DNA from: an uncultured Alphaproteobacteria bacterium
GTDB lineage: Bacteria; Pseudomonadota; Alphaproteobacteria; Rhizobiales; Xanthobacteraceae
Length of the DNA stretch: 64,000 bases
Direction of reading: 5' to 3'
NCBI GenBank assembly: GCA_963736355.1
Contig: CAVTOO010000002.1
Location: 257,146-321,145, forward strand
Every line of letters starts with the position of its first letter. Position 1 is the stretch's first letter. The notes under the pieces were generated by a model, which made no database searches, was not told the origin of the DNA, and saw only the letters and a program-made list of their open reading frames with translations. Of the stretch, positions 59,457 to 64,000 are shown in pieces. The translations under genes and the position numbers were made by a program.

Positions 59457-59566
59457 GCATATCGCTGAACGGAATGCCGCACCGATTGTGCTTTTGCCGC
59501 GCGCCGGACTTTGCTTAAACTCCCCCGCAGAAGCCGCAGCAAGCGGTGGTGGCCGGGGGAACCAGC

Positions 59567-61003
59567 ATGACAATTTCGATCGGTCGCCGCGCGGCACTCG
59601 TTGCCGCCGTCGCGTTTGCTGTTGCGGCGCTCGCACCATCCGCCGCTTTCGCCGCCGAGGGCTTCGACGCGCGCGAACTGTCGCTGTGGTGGGCGCTGCC
59701 GTTCGCCGGCATTCTGCTGTGCATCGCCACCGGCCCCGTGCTCTATCCCCATCTGTGGGAACATCATTACGCCAAGTTCGCGCTGTTCTGGTCGGCCTGC
59801 GTGATCGTGCCGCTATATCTCATGCTGCCGGCCGGCGCGGTGACAACGACGCTCGCTGCACACGGCGTTCCTCGAATACATGCCGTTCATCCTTCTGCTG
59901 CTGGCGCTGTTCACGGTCGCGGGCGGCATCTATCTCGAAGGCAATCTGCACGACACGATCTTCACCAACACGGTGCTGCTCGGCATCGGCACGGTGATGG
60001 CGAGCCTTGTCGGCACCACCGGCGCCTCGATGATCCTGATCCGGCCGCTGATCCGCGCCAATGACGACCGCCGCTTCAACGCCCATGTGGTCGTGTTCTT
60101 TATCTTCCTTGTCTCCAATGTCGGCGGCGCACTGACGCCGCTCGGCGATCCGCCGCTGTTCATCGGCTTCCTCAAGGGCGTCGATTTCTTCTGGACGACG
60201 ACGCATCTGTTCACGGAAACGGTGTTCGTCGCCGCCATCCTGCTGGCGCTGTTCTTCGTCATCGATCTTTACTTCCATCGCCGCGACGACAGAGCTCGGC
60301 ACCCTGAAAGATCCGACGCCGGATTCGCCCTGCAGCTGCACGGCCAGATCAATTTCATCCTGATCGGCGTCATCATCGCCGCCATCCTGATGAGCGCCTC
60401 GTGGAAGCCCGGCATATCGTTCCACTTGGTCGGCGTCGAACTCGAACTGCAGGATCTGCTGCGCGATGCGATCTTCGTCGCCGTGACCTTCGCCTCGCTT
60501 GCGCTGACGCGAAAAAGCGACCGCGACGCCAACGGCTTCTCCTGGGGCCCGATCAAGGAAGTCGCGATCCTGTTCGCCTGCATCTTCATCTGCATCGCGC
60601 CGGTCATCGCCATGCTGCACGCCGGCACGCAACGGCGCACTCGCGCCGCTGGTCACGATGGTCACGCAATGCCGACGGCAGCGCCAACAACGCCGCCTAT
60701 TTCTGGCTGACGGGCGGGCTGTCGTCGTTCCTCGACAACGCGCCGACTTATCTTGTGTTCTTCGAACTGGCCGGCGGCGACCCGCAGAAGCTGATGACGG
60801 CCGGCGCGCTGACGCTCGCTGCGATCTCGACCGGCGCGGTGTTCATGGGCGCCAACACCTATATCGGCAATGCTCCGAATTTCATGGTCTATGCCATTGC
60901 ACGGCAGGCCGGTGTGAAAATGCCGAGCTTCTTCGGCTACATGCTCTGGTCGGGCGCGATCCTGATTCCGATCTTCATTCTCGTGACGTGGGTGTTTTTC
61001 TAA
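59567..61003 (+). pseudogene. ArsB/NhaD-superfamily permease (sodium:proton antiporter / citrate-transporter-like), about 3 frameshifts
   Basis: Three or four frame segments join up: MTISIGRR...WEHHYAKFALFW; EYMPFILLLLALFTVAGGIYLEGNL...; [12 protein letters not shown]; [29 protein letters not shown]...VTWVFF*. The shifts lie at about 59865, about 60630 and about 60667. Confidence 0.7.
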
Positions 61004-61109
61004 GAGCCGCATTACACGTGACGTGCACCGCTCATTTACCATCCTGACGTAACATCCCTTCTCGCCGGCCGACTGCGACCGGCAAGTTGCGTTGCGTGGG
61101 GTGTGATCG

Positions 61110-61850
61110 GTGTTGCGTTCTGCGTTTCGTTCGTTGCGCGCGAGGGCGCGCATCGCATCGCCGGCCGTGCTGATTGCCGCCGCACTGATCGGAAATCCCG
61201 TGGAGGCCGGCGCAGCCGGACTGTTCGACTTCCTGTTCGGCTCCCGCAGCCCCGCGCCGACACAAGCCAGCGCCTTCACCAATCCGTTTGACGCATCCGG
61301 CACACCGCCGGGCCCGCCCGCGATGAGCCAGCGCTCCTCGGGCTATTGCGTGCGGCTGTGCGACGGCAAGTATTTCCCCGTCACGGCGACAGGACGAACC
61401 AGCGCCGCCGAGATGTGCGATGCGTTTTGCCCGGCCAGCGCGACGAAGCTCTATTCCGGCGGCAGCATCGAGTCCGCCTTCGCCAATGACGGCAGCCGCT
61501 ATCGCGACCTCAAGAACGCGTTTGTCTATCGCCAGCATCTGGTCGATGGCTGTACCTGCAACGGCCGCAGCAGCGCCGGGCTGGTGCCTGTCGACCTCTC
61601 CTTCGACACCACGCTGCGGACCGGCGACATCGTCGCCACCAATGACGGCCTCGTTGCCTATGACGGCAATGCGCGCCACACGAACGGCCAGTTCACGCCG
61701 GTGCACGACTATGCAGGACTGGGCGCGGAGTTGCGCACGCGGTTGAGCGAGACCAAGGTCGCGCCGGGAGCGGCCGGCAGCGAGCCCGCCGTCGTCGGCT
61801 CGATCGCCCCCGCAACGCCACCCGGGATCAGGCGGGCAAGAGTTGACTGA
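61110..61850 (+). CDS. DUF2865 domain-containing protein (secreted)
   Basis: It has a signal peptide. The Cys pattern YCVRLCDGKYFPV...MCDAFCP...CTCNG is typical of DUF2865 as I recall it. Confidence 0.65.
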   Translation: MLRSAFRSLRARARIASPAVLIAAALIGNPVEAGAAGLFDFLFGSRSPAPTQASAFTNPFDASGTPPGPPAMSQRSSGYCVRLCDGKYFPVTATGRTSAAEMCDAFCPASATKLYSGGSIESAFANDGSRYRDLKNAFVYRQHLVDGCTCNGRSSAGLVPVDLSFDTTLRTGDIVATNDGLVAYDGNARHTNGQFTPVHDYAGLGAELRTRLSETKVAPGAAGSEPAVVGSIAPATPPGIRRARVD

Positions 61851-62194
61851 AGGAATCCGCGGCGACGCGGCTGCGTCGCTTGTGGTGGCGCCTTCAAACC
61901 GCCGTCGCTGACAATCGGCGCAAGGCGGACCCGGTATAAGGAAAACATCTCCTCGCCATCCGCCTGCTGCACGACCTTTTGCTCCATGCGCTCAAGGCAG
62001 CCGCGCACCGCCGCCTCGTCGCGAAACACCGACAACGACAGGAATTTTCCCGGTTCGCTCAAGCTCTCGAACCGCTCGGCCGACACGAATCCGACGGCCT
62101 CCTCGATCAAGGGCCGCAATCGCGCGGCGGCTTCGAAATACTCACCTTTGCGGCCCGGCCGCGGCACGACTTCGATAATCATCGCGATCATCAC
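61709..62194 (-). CDS. antibiotic biosynthesis monooxygenase (ABM)-like protein; 3' end doubtful
   Basis: The N-terminal 100 aa look ABM-like (IAMIIEVVPRPGRKGEYFEAAARLRPLIEEAVGFVSAERFESLSEPGKFLSLSVFRDEAAV). The last ~45 codons overlap the DUF2865 gene and look non-coding. Confidence 0.5.
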   Translation of the reverse strand: MMIAMIIEVVPRPGRKGEYFEAAARLRPLIEEAVGFVSAERFESLSEPGKFLSLSVFRDEAAVRGCLERMEQKVVQQADGEEMFSLYRVRLAPIVSDGGLKAPPQATQPRRRGFLQSTLARLIPGGVAGAIEPTTAGSLPAAPGATLVSLNRVRNSAPSPA

Positions 62195-62306
62195 GCATCC
62201 CTTTCAATTCATGCGCCGCTGTAGCGCACCGGCGCATGACAATGCTTCGATGCGGATCGAAGCATTCCGGATTGCTGCACGCCGGTGTCGGCAGTAGCCT
62301 TGCGTC

Positions 62307-63002
62307 ATGAAAACAGGACCCGACATCGCCCTAATCGGTTCGCTGCTCGGCGATCCGGCACGCGCCAACATGCTGACCGCGCTGATGGGCGGACGTGCAT
62401 TGACGGCGACGGAGCTGGCGCAGGAGGCCGGCGTCACGGCGCAAACCGCAAGCTCGCATCTGGCGCGACTTCAAGGCGGCGGGTTACTGGCGCAGGACAA
62501 GCAGGGCCGCCACCGCTATTTCCGGCTCGCCAATCCCGACGTCGCGCATGCGCTGGAAGCGGTCATCGGCCTCGCCGATCACGCCGGCCATCGCCGCGTG
62601 CAAACAGGGCCGAAGGACCCGGCACTACGCCATGCGCGCGTCTGCTACGATCACCTTGCCGGAGATCTCGGCGTGCAGATGTTCGATCATCTGGCGCGGA
62701 AGAAATTGCTGAGCTTCGACGACGCCGACCTGACGCTGACGGCAAAGGGTCGGCACTTCTGCACGGATTTCGGCATCGATCTGGCAACGGTCGAGACATC
62801 CCGACGGCCGCTGTGCCGCGCCTGCCTCGACTGGAGCGTCAGGAGAAGCCATCTCGCAGGCGCGCTTGGCGCGGCGTTGCTTGAGCGCATCTATGCCTTG
62901 GCGTGGGCTGAGCGCGATACAAAAACCCGCGCCGTGCTGTTCAGCAGGCGCGGGGAAGAGAATTTTGCGGAAATGTTCGGACGCGCGACAGCGCGGAAGT
63001 AA
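62307..63002 (+). CDS. ArsR/SmtB-family winged-helix transcriptional regulator (long form)
   Basis: It reads LLGDPARANMLTALMGGRALTATELAQEAGVTAQTASSHLARLQGGGLL and has a C-terminal extension carrying Cys residues. Confidence 0.8.
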   Translation: MKTGPDIALIGSLLGDPARANMLTALMGGRALTATELAQEAGVTAQTASSHLARLQGGGLLAQDKQGRHRYFRLANPDVAHALEAVIGLADHAGHRRVQTGPKDPALRHARVCYDHLAGDLGVQMFDHLARKKLLSFDDADLTLTAKGRHFCTDFGIDLATVETSRRPLCRACLDWSVRRSHLAGALGAALLERIYALAWAERDTKTRAVLFSRRGEENFAEMFGRATARK

Positions 63003-63005
63003 GTT

Positions 63006-64000
63006 TTATTCCGCCGCGATGCGCACCTGCGGGGCGGCGGCGCGCACGTCAGCCTCGACCATGCTTTCGAACTTGGCGAAGTTCTGCTGGAACATGGCGA
63101 CGAGCTTGCGCGCGGTGGCGTCGAACTCGGCCTTGTCGGCCCAGGTCTTCATCGGATTGAGCAGATGCGGCTCGACACCGGGGATCGAGGTCGGCACCGC
63201 AAAGCCGAAATAGGGATCGGTGCGGAAGCTCGCATTGCGCAGGGAGCCGTCGAGTGCGGCGGTGAGCAGCGCACGCGTCGCCTTGATCGGCATGCGGCGG
63301 CCGACGCCATACTTGCCGCCGGTCCAGCCAGTGTTGACCAGCCAGCAATCGACATTGTGCTTGGCGATGAGCTTGCGCAGCAGATCGCCATATTCGGACG
63401 GATGACGCGGCAGGAACGGTGCGCCGAAGCAGGCGGAGAATTCCGGCTCGGGCTCGGTGACGCCGCGCTCGGTGCCGGCGACCTTCGCGGTGTAGCCAGA
63501 CAGGAAGTGATACATCGCCTGCGCCGGCGTCAGTTTCGCCACCGGCGGCATCACACCGAAGGCGTCGGCGGCCAGCATGATCAGGTTCTTCGGCTGGCTG
63601 GCGCGACCGGTGCGCGACGCATTCGGAATGAAATCGAGCGGATAGGCCGAACGCGTGTTCTCGGTCTTGGAGCCGTTGTCGAAATCGACGATGCGGGTGT
63701 CGGCATCCATCACGATATTTTCGAGCACGGTGCCGAAGCGCTGGCTCGCGGAGAAAATCTCCGGCTCGGCTTCCGCCGACAGCTTGATGCACTTGGCGTA
63801 GCAGCCGCCTTCGAAATTGAAGATTCCGTCCTCGCCCCAGCCGTGCTCGTCGTCGCCGATCAGCGTGCGGTTGGGATCGGCCGACAGCGTTGTCTTGCCG
63901 GTGCCCGACAGGCCGAAGAAGATCGCCGCGTCGCCGCCCTTGCCGACATTGGCCGAGCAATGCATCGGCATGACGCCCTGCTCCGGCAGATAATAGTTGA
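63006..64000 (-). CDS. pckA: phosphoenolpyruvate carboxykinase (ATP), C-terminal ~330 aa (5' end beyond the window)
   Basis: It reads [43 protein letters not shown], which carries the kinase-1a motif. The frame stays open to position 64000. Confidence 0.92.
   Translation of the reverse strand, partial: NYYLPEQGVMPMHCSANVGKGGDAAIFFGLSGTGKTTLSADPNRTLIGDDEHGWGEDGIFNFEGGCYAKCIKLSAEAEPEIFSASQRFGTVLENIVMDADTRIVDFDNGSKTENTRSAYPLDFIPNASRTGRASQPKNLIMLAADAFGVMPPVAKLTPAQAMYHFLSGYTAKVAGTERGVTEPEPEFSACFGAPFLPRHPSEYGDLLRKLIAKHNVDCWLVNTGWTGGKYGVGRRMPIKATRALLTAALDGSLRNASFRTDPYFGFAVPTSIPGVEPHLLNPMKTWADKAEFDATARKLVAMFQQNFAKFESMVEADVRAAAPQVRIAAE

Noticed and set aside
1-64000. CRISPR arrays, rRNA operons, complete prophage or known defence systems
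   Set aside because: I found no regularly spaced direct repeats, no rRNA-like sequence, and no phage structural, terminase, cas, restriction-modification or toxin-antitoxin gene pairs. Only an integrase stub and an IS fragment are present.

Overview
High-GC (about 63-65%) alphaproteobacterial chromosome segment. Gene content and order look Bradyrhizobiaceae/Nitrobacteraceae-like, which is inference from synteny and repeat families. The window runs from ppc (left edge, partial) to pckA (right edge, partial).

(1) 2-20.7 kb is a catabolic/uptake neighbourhood. It holds six Bug/TctC-type periplasmic binding-protein paralogs and no tctA/tctB. It also holds an amidohydrolase, GST, FAD-linked oxidase, IclR regulator, MmgE/PrpD protein, an esterase, a divergent HAL/PAL-family protein lacking the Ala-Ser-Gly MIO triad, and an orphan ABC binding protein.

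(2) 20.7-29.7 kb is the accessory part: a tandem array of three decayed integrative elements at a tRNA(CAU) gene. They are delimited by three direct copies of the tRNA 3' half. Cargo includes an integrase C-terminal stub, an IS fragment, an acyl-CoA dehydrogenase pair plus a family III CoA-transferase, and a broken Cys-rich OmpA-family gene. There is also a MerR (C-X7-C) regulator with a textbook 19-bp-spacer promoter driving DUF2938 and DUF2798 membrane proteins, and a dienelactone hydrolase.

(3) 29.7-64 kb is housekeeping: MFS, RecD/Dda-like helicase, msrA-msrB, DUF2852-tetR, truA-fmt-def, rmuC, ampG, SGNH hydrolase, recR-ybaB-dnaX, SRP RNA, HIT, nudC, PfkB kinase, lrp, PilZ-DUF2336, PMM/PGM, retropepsin-like protease, hrpB, ugd, an acyltransferase, polA, pyrE, an ArsB/NhaD-type permease, DUF2865, ABM, ArsR and pckA.

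The most striking sequence-level signal is that many genes are broken, including polA, fmt, rmuC and hrpB. The breaks are almost exclusively single-base insertions, with an extreme hot zone at 54.7-58.1 kb. I read this as most likely consensus/assembly indel error rather than biology, but it needs checking. I recognised no CRISPR array, rRNA gene, or complete known defence or toxin-antitoxin system. All coordinates and frameshift positions are hand-derived and approximate to a few nt.
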